The position numbers were made by a program, and so were the translations under genes. From NCBI GenBank assembly GCA_037138355.1, contig JBAXIL010000002.1:1-64000 (forward strand): DNA of 64,000 bases. Reading direction: 5' to 3'. The notes beneath the pieces were generated by a model. That model made no database searches and was not told where the DNA came from. It worked only from the letters and a program-made list of their open reading frames with translations. How positions within the stretch are numbered: position 1 is the first letter of the stretch; every line of letters starts with the position of its first letter. This stretch comes from a bacterium (GTDB taxonomy: Bacteria > Oederibacteriota > PGYV01 > Palsa-1178). Shown here in pieces: positions 52,511-62,377 of this stretch.

Positions 52511-53507
52511 TATTTGATTCATCCTTTGTACTTTGTGTTTCTGCTCTTTCATATATCCCCATATTCCTAAATTTGACATATCTATCTTCGAGTAACTTAT
52601 CAAGTGGTACTTTAATAAGTTGTTTTAGATTTGTTACGATTGCACTCTTTAAATTTTTTGCAGTTAGCTCATAATCTTTATGTGCTCCCTCAAGTGGCTC
52701 ATCTATTATCTCGTCAATTACTTTGAGTTCAAGCAAATCTTTCGCAGTAGGTTTCAATATTTTTGCAGCATCTGATGCTTTTGTAGCATCTTTCCACAAA
52801 ATAGAAGCACAACCTTCAAAAGATATTACACTATATGTTGCATATTTTAGCATCAGTACTCTATCACCCACGCCAACACCTAAAGCTCCACCGCTTCCGC
52901 CTTCACCAATCACACTAACAATAATTGGCACTTTTAACCGAGACATTTCCATAAGATTCCTTGCAATAGCTTCGGCGACACCGCGTTCTTCACTTTCTAT
53001 CCCCGGATAGGCTCCACTGGTATCAATAAAGGTTAATACTGGCAAATTAAATTTTTCAGCATACTTCATAAGTCGCAAAGCTTTTCTATATCCCTCTGCC
53101 TGAGACATGCCAAAGTTTCTTAAAAGATTTTCTTTGGTATCTTTACCTTTTTGAAGGCCTATTACCATGACAGAAATACCATCTATCTTTCCTATACCAC
53201 CAACCATAGCCTTATCATCTGCAAAAGATCTATCTCCATGGAGCTCCTGAAAATCGTCTATCATGAGTTTATAATAATCAAGTGTTTTTGGCCTTTTAGT
53301 ATGTCTCATTATCTGCACTATCTGCCATGAATTGAGGTTGAGATATATTTCTTCCCTCATTTTTTTTACTCTTTCTTCCAAAGGCTTTACTTCAGCATCG
53401 ACATTTATATTTTTATCTTTTGCATGAGCCTTTAATTCCTCAATCTTTTTTTTGAGTTCAATAAGCGGTTTTTCAAACTCAAGTATCTGTATATGTTCAT
53501 CAGCCAT
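52503..53507 (-). CDS. accA: Acetyl-CoA carboxylase carboxyltransferase alpha subunit
   Basis: LEFEKP, ELHGDR.F.DD, GYRKALR, GEGGSGGALG. Confidence 0.97.
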   Translation of the reverse strand: MADEHIQILEFEKPLIELKKKIEELKAHAKDKNINVDAEVKPLEERVKKMREEIYLNLNSWQIVQIMRHTKRPKTLDYYKLMIDDFQELHGDRSFADDKAMVGGIGKIDGISVMVIGLQKGKDTKENLLRNFGMSQAEGYRKALRLMKYAEKFNLPVLTFIDTSGAYPGIESEERGVAEAIARNLMEMSRLKVPIIVSVIGEGGSGGALGVGVGDRVLMLKYATYSVISFEGCASILWKDATKASDAAKILKPTAKDLLELKVIDEIIDEPLEGAHKDYELTAKNLKSAIVTNLKQLIKVPLDKLLEDRYVKFRNMGIYERAETQSTKDESNNV

Positions 53508-53547
53508 ATAAATCTCCTTTTTACTTGCCCTAATTCAGAGCAGTCAT

Positions 53548-54225
53548 TTAAAAATATGTTATGTATATGATTCTTAAAATCCTTGATACATCATTATTCA
53601 AGTTAAACTTTAGTCCTACATCAATCTGTATCGGGTCGAAGAAATATCCTGCAACCAAATTCACATATCTGGCGTTTGGCCTCGCCCCAAAAATTCCATC
53701 ACATTCAGTTCCTAAATTAAATTCTTTTGTAATTGCAAACTCAACGCCAGCCCCCATATCTACACCCTTCCCAAAATTCTTAAAATCATTTGCATACACA
53801 GTGCCAGTAAATTGGGCTATCACAGAACCTAAAGCCAGCTCTTTCGTTGCAGCAACATAAGCACCTTTTGTCGGGACTTCATAATAGCCAGGAGCCTCGT
53901 ACCCAATCGCTATTGCTGGCATATAACCCTCGTCATCAGTAAATCTAAACTTAATTAAAAACCATGGAATTTCAAAAGAAAGATTCCCTCTCCCTACAAG
54001 ATTATCCACTCTCATGGAACCACCTATAAAGAGTCGGTCAAATAAGCCAACATAAAGTCTATTTAAAATTCCACCACCAGGATAGAACTTAAAATCACCA
54101 CGGATTTCACCTTTGATAAGTGAATTTGCCGTTGGAACATCAAGTATTTCTAAGTTTCTTGCCTGCACCGCAAATAATATAGCCGGTGTAATCACTAAAA
54201 ACAAACACAGAATCAATTTCTTCAA
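53548..54225 (-). CDS. Putative outer-membrane beta-barrel protein (YjbH-like)
   Basis: TTG start after GGAGG; signal peptide; LDVPTA, PAIAIGY; ends YITYF (terminal Phe). Confidence 0.55.
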   Translation of the reverse strand: MKKLILCLFLVITPAILFAVQARNLEILDVPTANSLIKGEIRGDFKFYPGGGILNRLYVGLFDRLFIGGSMRVDNLVGRGNLSFEIPWFLIKFRFTDDEGYMPAIAIGYEAPGYYEVPTKGAYVAATKELALGSVIAQFTGTVYANDFKNFGKGVDMGAGVEFAITKEFNLGTECDGIFGARPNARYVNLVAGYFFDPIQIDVGLKFNLNNDVSRILRIIYITYF

Positions 54226-54315
54226 ATTATACCTCCGCACATTTTATTAACAACAATGCACATTATTTAATTGCTTTTATAAACCATTTCAACAAACTGA
54301 AACACTCAAAACTTC

Positions 54316-54771
54316 CTATTTATTAGTAAGAAATTTCTGAAGCTCTTTTGTGAAAGCGTTAATATCTTTAAACTGCCTATATACTGAAGCAAACCTGACA
54401 TATGCTACCTCATCAAGCTTAGCTAATTTTTCCATTAGTAATTCGCCCATAACAGTAGAAGACACTTCTTTTTCCATTCTGCTATAAAGCTGCTTTTCAA
54501 TATCATCAACTAATTCATAAAGCTTTTCTACAGATATAGGTCTTTTTTCACAGGCCTTTGTTAAACCCGCAAGTATTTTATTTCTATCAAAAGCTTCCCG
54601 TCTACCATCTTTCTTTATGACCATTGGCAATGAGTGCTCTATCTGTTCGTATGTTGTGAAACGCTTTCCACATTTCAAACACTCGCGCCGCCTTCTTATA
54701 GCCTCACCGTCACGACTTTCACGAGAATCAACTACTTTATCTTTTTTATGTCCGCAGTATGGGCACTTCAT
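54316..54771 (-). CDS. nrdR: Transcriptional repressor NrdR
   Basis: MKCPYC...DSR...RRRREC..C..RFTTYE, ATP-cone, [10 protein letters not shown]. Confidence 0.98.
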   Translation of the reverse strand: MKCPYCGHKKDKVVDSRESRDGEAIRRRRECLKCGKRFTTYEQIEHSLPMVIKKDGRREAFDRNKILAGLTKACEKRPISVEKLYELVDDIEKQLYSRMEKEVSSTVMGELLMEKLAKLDEVAYVRFASVYRQFKDINAFTKELQKFLTNK

Positions 54772-57029
54772 CTGTTTAACCTCTTTTTTAAAGCCGCAAG
54801 AGGTATACTTGCCCTCGTGTCGGCCGGATTCAGCATTAAAACTTGCTCATAACAATTCGCAGCTTTATCAGACTTCTTCATAAGCTCATATAATCTTGCA
54901 AGATTTATCCAACCATCTATATAATCAGGTTTACTTTTTACGACTCTCTCAAACATATCAGCACCTTTTGCTGTCATTCCTTCATTCAAATATATTATTC
55001 CAAGATTACTATATGCCGAGGTTTCAGAAATACTATCTCTGTACCACAGTTTTCCGTTTACTGCCTGTTCATAATAAAATATTGCTTCTTTAGCGCCTTT
55101 TGGGCCTTGCAACATATAAAGATATGCTATATATGTATATGGCACGGCAAAATCAGGATAAATTTTGGTATAATTCAAACAAATATCATAAGCCTTGCTG
55201 TAATCTTTCATATCAATATACACATTCGCAAGATCAAGACCAAAATATGCGTTATTAGGATCTCTTTTAATTGCCTCATTGTAAAATTTTATTGAATCCT
55301 GGAACTTAAGAGGATCAATTGTTTCACCGTAATATTTATAAACCCTTGCCAAATTATTGAAATTATATCCATTCATAGAGTTTAAATCCATAGTATGTCC
55401 ATGAAGCTGTGCTGCTTTTTTAATATAATCAAGTTTTTTCTGCAGATCATTTTCTACTCTCATAAGTTTCTCAAAAGCAATTCCATACTTAACAAAATAC
55501 AATTCACAATTTGGATTCAAAGTAACAGCACCATTATAATAAGCAACACCAATATTATCCTTGTCTGAGTTCCCTGCTATATTACCAACTTTATAATACA
55601 TATCAGACATCCATTCTCTTGTAGTAACTGTAGTAGCGGCCAAAAGTCCAGCAATAACAGCAGTATAAAATAAAATACTGATGCCACGATTTGTAAATCC
55701 GCTAATATCTATAGCATAATATTTTTTGGAAGCAGGTTGAAGCACAATAATCAAACCCAAGCCAATCCAAAAGAACATACCATAAGCCACTACTGTATAA
55801 TTAAATAATCCCTGTACAAGAAATCCAATAATTCCTAAAAATACAGCAAAAATAAGATAACGCCTTATGGTATCTTTTTCTCCAAAAACCGAGTTAAAAG
55901 ATTTCTTAAAAAATGCTACAAGTAAAAGCAGATAGATTGACATACCAAATATCCCCTGCGTTGCCAATACCTGCAAGAATATATTATGTGTTTTTTCTGG
56001 CGTTCCATTCCATTCAAGTTGCCAATATATAGGAAATCTGTAATACGGGAACATTACCTGAAAAGTATCAAGACCTGTTCCAAATAACGGAAAGTCACGA
56101 AACATCATAAGAGCACTTTTCCATATATAAACTCTCGGCGTTAGTGTGATTCCATTAAGAGTGAACAATCCTTTACTTCTTTGCCATAAATTTACAATAG
56201 CTTCTTGAACCTTTGGAACAAAACACATGAGCACCATGAGAACTGCAAACATAATAAACCAAATTTTATTTCCAGAGAAAAGCCTACTATCCGATTTTTT
56301 TGAATCATAAAATGCATAAGCAATTATTATTCCTGTGGTCACAATAAAACTTAAAATACCAGCTCTTGATTTAGTAAGAAAAAGAACAATAATAGCACAT
56401 AATAAAACTACTAATATAATAATTTTTTTCTTTATGTTTTTAGTAATAAAAAACATTATGAAAATCACTGGTATCATTTCCACCAAATATGCAGCAAGGA
56501 AGTTAGGATTTCCTAAAGTAGAAAAGAACCTTTCCTTGCTATATGTTTCAGGATTCCACATCACAAAATCAAATCCAAAATTTTGAGCCAGCCCATAAGC
56601 ACTGATAATAAAAGTTGAAACCAGCATAGCTGTCATTAGCTTATATACAATTCCTTGTTTTTTCACATGATTGACAACAACATAATACAACATGATATAA
56701 AAACAGATTGTGATAATGCCTTCAAAATCTTCATATACTCCAAAAATAGAAATATTGTGACTTTTCGTTACAATAGTGGTAATAAGACATACCAAAAAAT
56801 ATCCAATAATAGGAAAATCAAAATTTGTTTTAATTAAAAGTATTTTTCTTTCACGAATAATCGTAAAAAGCCATGCAGCCGCGATTATCACAATGAACAT
56901 CTTCATGACAAAAAGTTTATTTATTTCAAAGACATCGTTTGTCCTTGTATAAAAAATAATAGGAACTAATATCACTATAGCTATAAGACTCAACTCTATT
57001 AGCTTGTCTACATATTTCCTAAATGTCAT
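54768..57029 (-). CDS. O-antigen ligase (Wzy_C) family membrane protein with C-terminal TPRs
   Basis: About 12 TM segments; [35 protein letters not shown] repeats after about aa 475. Confidence 0.85.
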   Translation of the reverse strand: MTFRKYVDKLIELSLIAIVILVPIIFYTRTNDVFEINKLFVMKMFIVIIAAAWLFTIIRERKILLIKTNFDFPIIGYFLVCLITTIVTKSHNISIFGVYEDFEGIITICFYIMLYYVVVNHVKKQGIVYKLMTAMLVSTFIISAYGLAQNFGFDFVMWNPETYSKERFFSTLGNPNFLAAYLVEMIPVIFIMFFITKNIKKKIIILVVLLCAIIVLFLTKSRAGILSFIVTTGIIIAYAFYDSKKSDSRLFSGNKIWFIMFAVLMVLMCFVPKVQEAIVNLWQRSKGLFTLNGITLTPRVYIWKSALMMFRDFPLFGTGLDTFQVMFPYYRFPIYWQLEWNGTPEKTHNIFLQVLATQGIFGMSIYLLLLVAFFKKSFNSVFGEKDTIRRYLIFAVFLGIIGFLVQGLFNYTVVAYGMFFWIGLGLIIVLQPASKKYYAIDISGFTNRGISILFYTAVIAGLLAATTVTTREWMSDMYYKVGNIAGNSDKDNIGVAYYNGAVTLNPNCELYFVKYGIAFEKLMRVENDLQKKLDYIKKAAQLHGHTMDLNSMNGYNFNNLARVYKYYGETIDPLKFQDSIKFYNEAIKRDPNNAYFGLDLANVYIDMKDYSKAYDICLNYTKIYPDFAVPYTYIAYLYMLQGPKGAKEAIFYYEQAVNGKLWYRDSISETSAYSNLGIIYLNEGMTAKGADMFERVVKSKPDYIDGWINLARLYELMKKSDKAANCYEQVLMLNPADTRASIPLAALKKRLNR

Positions 57030-57061
57030 TTGTTCCTCACTTTTTTATTCAAGCGAAATTA

Positions 57062-58309
57062 CTATTTATTATAAACTGGGAATTTTTTACAAAGCTTCAG
57101 GACTTTTTCTCTTACGCTTTTAATAAGCTTTTCGTCGGTAGTGTTTCTCATAACTTCATCCATCCATGTCGCTATCATAAGCATTTCCTTTTCCTTCATG
57201 CCTCTGGCCGTTATTGCAGGTGTCCCTATTCTTATACCGCTTGTGATGAAAGGGCTTTGGGTATCAAAAGGAACTCCATTTTTATTTAAGGTTATTCCTG
57301 CTTTATCTAAAGCAAGAGCTGCCTCTTTTCCTGTAATATTTTTTGACCTTAAATCCACCAGCACCAAGTGGCAATCTGTTCCATCGGTTAAGACCTTATA
57401 ACCTTTTTTCATAAGTTCTGCTGCAATCAACTTAGCATTTTTAATAACTTGTTCCTGATATAACTTAAATTCAGGTTTTAAAGCCTCTCCAAAACATATC
57501 GCTTTTGCCGCAATGACATGCATTAAAGGACCACCCTGCATTCCTGGAAAGACGGCTGAATTAATGACTTTTGCATGTTTTTCTTTGCAAAGAATAAGAC
57601 CGCCTCTTGGACCTTTTAAGGTCTTATGAGTTGTAGTTGTTACAAAATCACAGTATGGTACAGGATCCGGAAAAAGTTTAGTAGCAACCAAACCAGCATA
57701 GTGGGCAATATCTGCAAGCAAAAGTGCTCCTACAGAATCTGCTATTTCACGGAACTTCTTAAAATCAATCTGCCTCGGATACGCACTCGCACCTGCAACT
57801 ATTATTTTTGGTTTTACTTCTTTTGCAATATTCGCAATCTCATCATAATCAAGAAGATATGTATCTTTGTTGACGCCATAAGAATGTGATTTATAAAGTT
57901 TTCCTGAAGAAGAAGCTGCTGCGCCATGGGTCAAATGGCCACCTGCTGCAAGATTCATACCCAGTATGGAATCTCCAGGTGAAAGTACTGCAAGATATAC
58001 AGACTGATTTGTCTGTGAACCAGAATTAGGTTGAACATTAGCATGTTCCGCTCCGAAAAGTTGCTTAGCTCTGTCTATGGCAAGCTGCTCTATTTTGTCA
58101 GACCACTCTACACCCTGATAAAATCTTTTTCCAGGATATCCTTCAGCATACTTATTAGTAAACACCGAACCCTGCGCTTGCAGTATGGCTTCATCTGCAT
58201 AATTTTCTGATGCTATCATTAAAAGAGTTTCCTTATTTCTTTTTACTTCTTGTTTTATAATATACGCAACTTCTTTATCTACTTTCTCTATATACTTCGT
58301 AAAGTCCAT
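57062..58309 (-). CDS. glyA: Serine hydroxymethyltransferase
   Basis: [29 protein letters not shown] (PLP Lys), SGIRIGT. Confidence 0.98.
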   Translation of the reverse strand: MDFTKYIEKVDKEVAYIIKQEVKRNKETLLMIASENYADEAILQAQGSVFTNKYAEGYPGKRFYQGVEWSDKIEQLAIDRAKQLFGAEHANVQPNSGSQTNQSVYLAVLSPGDSILGMNLAAGGHLTHGAAASSSGKLYKSHSYGVNKDTYLLDYDEIANIAKEVKPKIIVAGASAYPRQIDFKKFREIADSVGALLLADIAHYAGLVATKLFPDPVPYCDFVTTTTHKTLKGPRGGLILCKEKHAKVINSAVFPGMQGGPLMHVIAAKAICFGEALKPEFKLYQEQVIKNAKLIAAELMKKGYKVLTDGTDCHLVLVDLRSKNITGKEAALALDKAGITLNKNGVPFDTQSPFITSGIRIGTPAITARGMKEKEMLMIATWMDEVMRNTTDEKLIKSVREKVLKLCKKFPVYNK

Positions 58310-58344
58310 TTGTATCCTCCATTTATTTTAAATATAATTATTTT

Positions 58345-58791
58345 TTATAATAATTTGCTTTCTATAGTTTTTATTTTATTAAACCTTTTCTCATGTCTTC
58401 CAGCTTCAAAGATTGTATTTAACCAAACCTTTACAATCTCAGTTCCAAGAGTTTTTCCAATAAGTCTTCCAGGAAGAACAAGCACATTTGAATTATTATG
58501 TTTGATTGACATTTCAGCAGAATAAGTATTATCCACTAAAGCCGCATATATACCTTTTATTTTATTTGCTGCAATTGACATTCCTATCCCTGTACCACAA
58601 ATAAGTATTCCGCGTTCATACTTACCAGAAGTTATTGCCTCTCCTACTTTTTCAGCATAGTCAGGATAATCAACAGACTCTTCATTATATGGCCCGAAAT
58701 CCTTGTATTCCACCTTCTGTACACTTAAGAACTTCTTAAGCTCTTCTTTTAATTCAAAACCCGCGTGATCGCTTGCCATTGCTATTTTCAT
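58345..58791 (-). CDS. rpiB: Ribose-5-phosphate isomerase B
   Basis: SDHAG, SVDYPD, CGTGIG, ANK, HNN.N, GRH..R. Confidence 0.96.
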   Translation of the reverse strand: MKIAMASDHAGFELKEELKKFLSVQKVEYKDFGPYNEESVDYPDYAEKVGEAITSGKYERGILICGTGIGMSIAANKIKGIYAALVDNTYSAEMSIKHNNSNVLVLPGRLIGKTLGTEIVKVWLNTIFEAGRHEKRFNKIKTIESKLL

Positions 58792-58859
58792 TTTGGCTCC
58801 TGTTTATAGCGGGATCTCCGCCTTAATAATAATATATGTCTTCAAAAAAATATTCATTA

Positions 58860-59519
58860 CTATGGTTTTTTTATTTTATCTGTCGGCTCTAAACTCTTCG
58901 TTTGTGTAGGTGCAATTATCGTATTTTGATTTTTGTCATTTAGAAGAAAATCATGCGTGGAATTATATTCTGCAACAGCACTTTTTGTGAATATCATATC
59001 CCATAACCACGAGGTCGCAAACATAGTAAGACCTGTAAAAAATACAACTTTTGATACCGTTGTGCTTTGGTCAGATTGAACTGGGGTTAAGACCTCATTC
59101 ACACTCACCGCCATTATAATGACTGAAACTATTTCAGCACTCAGTAGAGACATACCCACACCCTGATTTTTTGCATAAAAATGACCCGACCCATGTATGA
59201 CCAAACCAGGAAAAACAGCATTCCAAAAAGCTTTATCCTCAGAAATTGGCGAAATAAGTGTAGTAACCTCTGTGTCCTCTTTATTTATATAAGTATCTTC
59301 AAGCCAGCTCGAAGCAGTGGTAGTATGTTTGACAAACCGCACTTCTCTCCATGGAATATTAACTATCTTATTATTTTCAAGCTTAACAACCAAAAAGTAG
59401 CTATCAAAACTTTTTACTTCTACCGAAAATTGTTGATCGTCCTTTAAGGTTACCATGTCTGCGTATACACAAGGTGATAAAACAACGAGAGCCAAAAGCA
59501 GTGCAGCAATTTTTGTCAT
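58860..59519 (-). CDS. Hypothetical exported/membrane protein
   Basis: Signal peptide, ADMVTLKD N-domain, PG...GSGHFY and two TM segments; SD GAGGAG. Confidence 0.65.
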   Translation of the reverse strand: MTKIAALLLALVVLSPCVYADMVTLKDDQQFSVEVKSFDSYFLVVKLENNKIVNIPWREVRFVKHTTTASSWLEDTYINKEDTEVTTLISPISEDKAFWNAVFPGLVIHGSGHFYAKNQGVGMSLLSAEIVSVIIMAVSVNEVLTPVQSDQSTTVSKVVFFTGLTMFATSWLWDMIFTKSAVAEYNSTHDFLLNDKNQNTIIAPTQTKSLEPTDKIKKP

Positions 59520-59703
59520 TTTTTCTCCTCAATATGGGCAACATAACTATCTTTCAATGCCACTTTTTTATTAACAAAACTTACCAGTTATTTGAATTAC
59601 AAGAGCCTATTCCTATAAACATAACAATATAATTGCCACAGATTGGCACTTAAACTCTATTTTCTATCTTTTTAAAATAAGCATAAGTTTGAATTATGGC
59701 TTG

Positions 59704-59732
59704 ATTATATAGGAATTTTAGCAAAAGGTCAA
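59704..59732 (-). promoter_or_regulatory. sigma70 promoter with a ~175-nt 5' leader
   Basis: TTGACC-17 nt-TATAAT. Confidence 0.6.
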
Positions 59733-59899
59733 GTATGGGTTTTATTAGGAAAAATCAAATCAAATATTACAAAACACTGATAAACGACAACAAATACAGT
59801 GTTTTTCATACATACCAACACCAGTTTCAAATATAAAAAATCTTAAAACGAAGCTTTTTTACAGTATTCTAATAAATATAAAAGCCATAAATTTTGATA

Positions 59900-60172
59900 T
59901 TACTTAAGCTGAGGGACTATCGTCAGTATTATGGCGCTTTTTCTCTCACCCTCAAGTTCAATATGCGTAAAAGATGGTCTAATTAGCAGATCTAAACCTT
60001 CAGGTCCTATATAATCTCTGGCTATGGCAATCGCCTTTATCGCCTGATTGACAGCCGTAGGACCCATTACAATAACTTCTACATCTTTTTTTTCCCGCAC
60101 ATTATTAACTATAGAACCAGCAACCGATTTAGGATTACTTGTCGCTGCAACTTTCAAACTAATTATCTCCAT
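59900..60172 (-). CDS. spoVS: SpoVS family protein
   Basis: LKVA..SNPKSVAGSI, G..AVNQAIKAIAIAR, PSF..I...GE..SAI. Confidence 0.9.
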   Translation of the reverse strand: MEIISLKVAATSNPKSVAGSIVNNVREKKDVEVIVMGPTAVNQAIKAIAIARDYIGPEGLDLLIRPSFTHIELEGERKSAIILTIVPQLK

Positions 60173-60173
60173 T

Positions 60174-61016
60174 TTATAACTCCTTTTTCATTTTAAGAGA
60201 AATTTTATAAACTTCGTTTCTTCCCACATTTAATTCCTGCGAAGCAGTTTTTACTGCCTCACTTAACGGATTGCCTTCAACTATCAATTCTCTCAACCTT
60301 TGTTCTATAATTTCTTCTTTGGGTTTTTCATCTTCAGGAGCTGGACCTATAACTATGATAAACTCTCCTTTTTCCATATCAACAGTTAATTGTTTGGAAA
60401 CCTCCAATGGGTTTCCTCTTAATACAGTTTCATAAATTTTAGTCAATTCCTTTGCCACTGCTATCAACCTTTGTGGCATAACTTCAGCAATCATTGCCAG
60501 CGTATCTTGAGTACGATTAGGTGACTCAAAAATAATGACTGGATATTTGATAGCACTTATTTCCATAAGGGCATCTTTCTTACTTTTACCAGTTTTTTCA
60601 AGGAACCCATAGAAAAGGAATCTTGAAGGATCAAAACCAGAAAGAATAACCGCTGACAATAAAGACGAAGGACCAGGAATGGTTTCCACATTTATTCCAG
60701 CATTTATCGCTGCCTTTACAACTGTATAACCTGGATCCGACATTAGAGGAGTCCCTGCATCTGATACTAAAGAAACAGAAGAACCGTTTTTTAATAGTTC
60801 TATAATTTCAACTTCTCTTTCTTTTTCATTATATTTATGATATGAGATAAGTTTAGAAGTTATGGAATAGTGATGAAAAAGTTTTTGCGTTACTCTGGTG
60901 TCTTCTGCGATTACATAAGGAGTTGTTTTGAGAGTTTCAATGGCACGCAGCGTAATATCTTGCAAGTTGCCAATGGGTGTGGAAACAATGTAAAGTGTCC
61001 CTTCAGTCATATTCAT
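60174..61016 (-). CDS. rsmI: 16S rRNA C1402 2'-O-methyltransferase
   Basis: LYIVSTPIGNL.DIT.RA, AEDTR, VSDAGTP..SDPG, ESPNR, ELTK, KGEF. Confidence 0.96.
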   Translation of the reverse strand: MNMTEGTLYIVSTPIGNLQDITLRAIETLKTTPYVIAEDTRVTQKLFHHYSITSKLISYHKYNEKEREVEIIELLKNGSSVSLVSDAGTPLMSDPGYTVVKAAINAGINVETIPGPSSLLSAVILSGFDPSRFLFYGFLEKTGKSKKDALMEISAIKYPVIIFESPNRTQDTLAMIAEVMPQRLIAVAKELTKIYETVLRGNPLEVSKQLTVDMEKGEFIIVIGPAPEDEKPKEEIIEQRLRELIVEGNPLSEAVKTASQELNVGRNEVYKISLKMKKEL

Positions 61017-61064
61017 TAAACTCCTTTTTCAATTTGCAGGACAAAATACAAAAAAACGAAAAAG

Positions 61065-61919
61065 CTACTCGCCTTTTTGGTCAAGTATTTTCAAGAAATC
61101 CTTTGCAACTGCATCCATTGGATCTATTGCCATAGACATATTCCACTGGTATCTGGCTTTTTTATATTGTTTATCTATGTAATAAGCGTTTCCAAGATTA
61201 TTATATATCTGTGGTTTTGTAGAATCAAGTTTCACTGCCTGTTCTAAAGCAGATATAGCCTGTATATTTTTGCTAAGTTTTATGTAAGCAAATCCTAAAT
61301 CATTATAAGCAAAAGCATCCGTAGGTTTTAACTTAACCAGCGCTTCAAAAATTTTTATCGCTGCATCATTTTTTTCAGTTTCAATATATATCATTCCAAG
61401 TTTTCTATAGACAGAATCATCATTTGGATTTTTCAATATTACAAATTCCAATTCTGGGACAGCAGAAGCATTATCTTTTTCTGTAATATAAGCAAGTCCG
61501 AGTTTTTTATGGGCCTCTATGTTATTGCCGTTAATAGAGATTACTTTTTTCCAGAACTCCATAGCTTCACGGACTCTACCGCTATCACTTTCTTCAATTC
61601 CTAAAGTCATATATGCAGTTTCAAGCTTTCCTTTTAACTCTTCATAAGTAGGTCTAAGTTTTAAAGCCACTTCCCATTCAACTATTGCCTCAAGTAGCTG
61701 TCCTTTATCAAAATACACATCACCAAGAACTTTATGTACGATTGCATCCGAAGGGTTTGATGCAATTGAGGTTTGAAGCTCAACCACAGCAATATCAAGC
61801 TTTCCAGCTTCATAGGACTGTAAACCAAGCTCATAGTGAGTAAGAGTTGATGCACAACCTGTGAAAAGCACAACAGAAAGAGTCATAAAAACATGCCTTA
61901 TTTTCAAGTTAGCCTCCAT
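61065..61919 (-). CDS. TPR-repeat lipoprotein
   Basis: Lipobox FTGC; multiple TPRs (AYNDLG, IYNNLG). Confidence 0.85.
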   Translation of the reverse strand: MEANLKIRHVFMTLSVVLFTGCASTLTHYELGLQSYEAGKLDIAVVELQTSIASNPSDAIVHKVLGDVYFDKGQLLEAIVEWEVALKLRPTYEELKGKLETAYMTLGIEESDSGRVREAMEFWKKVISINGNNIEAHKKLGLAYITEKDNASAVPELEFVILKNPNDDSVYRKLGMIYIETEKNDAAIKIFEALVKLKPTDAFAYNDLGFAYIKLSKNIQAISALEQAVKLDSTKPQIYNNLGNAYYIDKQYKKARYQWNMSMAIDPMDAVAKDFLKILDQKGE

Positions 61920-62113
61920 AGTTAAGTATCAATAAGTAAAATTATAATATCATATCTCATGTATTTGTCAATAAGTTGACACAAAAAATTCACCACATAT
62001 TAAAACACTATATTTCTATTAAACAAATACCATCGCACAAAATAACCTTGCCAAAGCAACACTAATGTGATATATTTCTTTCACTATTTATTATTTTAAA
62101 GGAGGCAATAACC

Positions 62114-62305
62114 ATGGCAAGAAAATGTGCAATTTGCGATAAACAAGCAGTATCTGCTAATAATGTGTCGCATGCTAAGAACAGAACAAAAACAAGAAAC
62201 AAACCAAACTTACAGACAGTCAAAATCATGTTAAAAGGCGTAAAGAAAAGAGTTTTAGTTTGTACGAGATGTTTGCGTTCAGGCAAAGCTGTTAAAGTCG
62301 CTTAA
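62114..62305 (+). CDS. rpmB: 50S ribosomal protein L28 (Zn-ribbon type)
   Basis: MARKCAIC...NNVSHA.N.T.....PNL...VCTRCLRSG; SD AAAGGAGG; promoter TTGCCA-17-TATATT at 62048-62076. Confidence 0.97.
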   Translation: MARKCAICDKQAVSANNVSHAKNRTKTRNKPNLQTVKIMLKGVKKRVLVCTRCLRSGKAVKVA

Positions 62306-62315
62306 ACATTCATGT

Positions 62316-62348
62316 AAAAAAAGCCGCTTAAAAAGCGGCTTTTTTTTT
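62316..62348. terminator. Bidirectional intrinsic terminator between rpmB and relA
   Basis: A7-GCCGCT/AGCGGC-T9 between convergent genes. Confidence 0.9.
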
Positions 62349-62377
62349 AATAATTACTAAACGATAGCTTGTAGGAT

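Noticed and set aside
51117..60172. spoVS, GerMN and amidase as evidence of sporulation
   Set aside because: These families are widespread in non-sporulating diderms; no spo0A or sporulation sigma genes are seen here.
62062..62286. 74-aa minus-strand ORF
   Set aside because: Antisense to rpmB, which has clear homology, SD and promoter.
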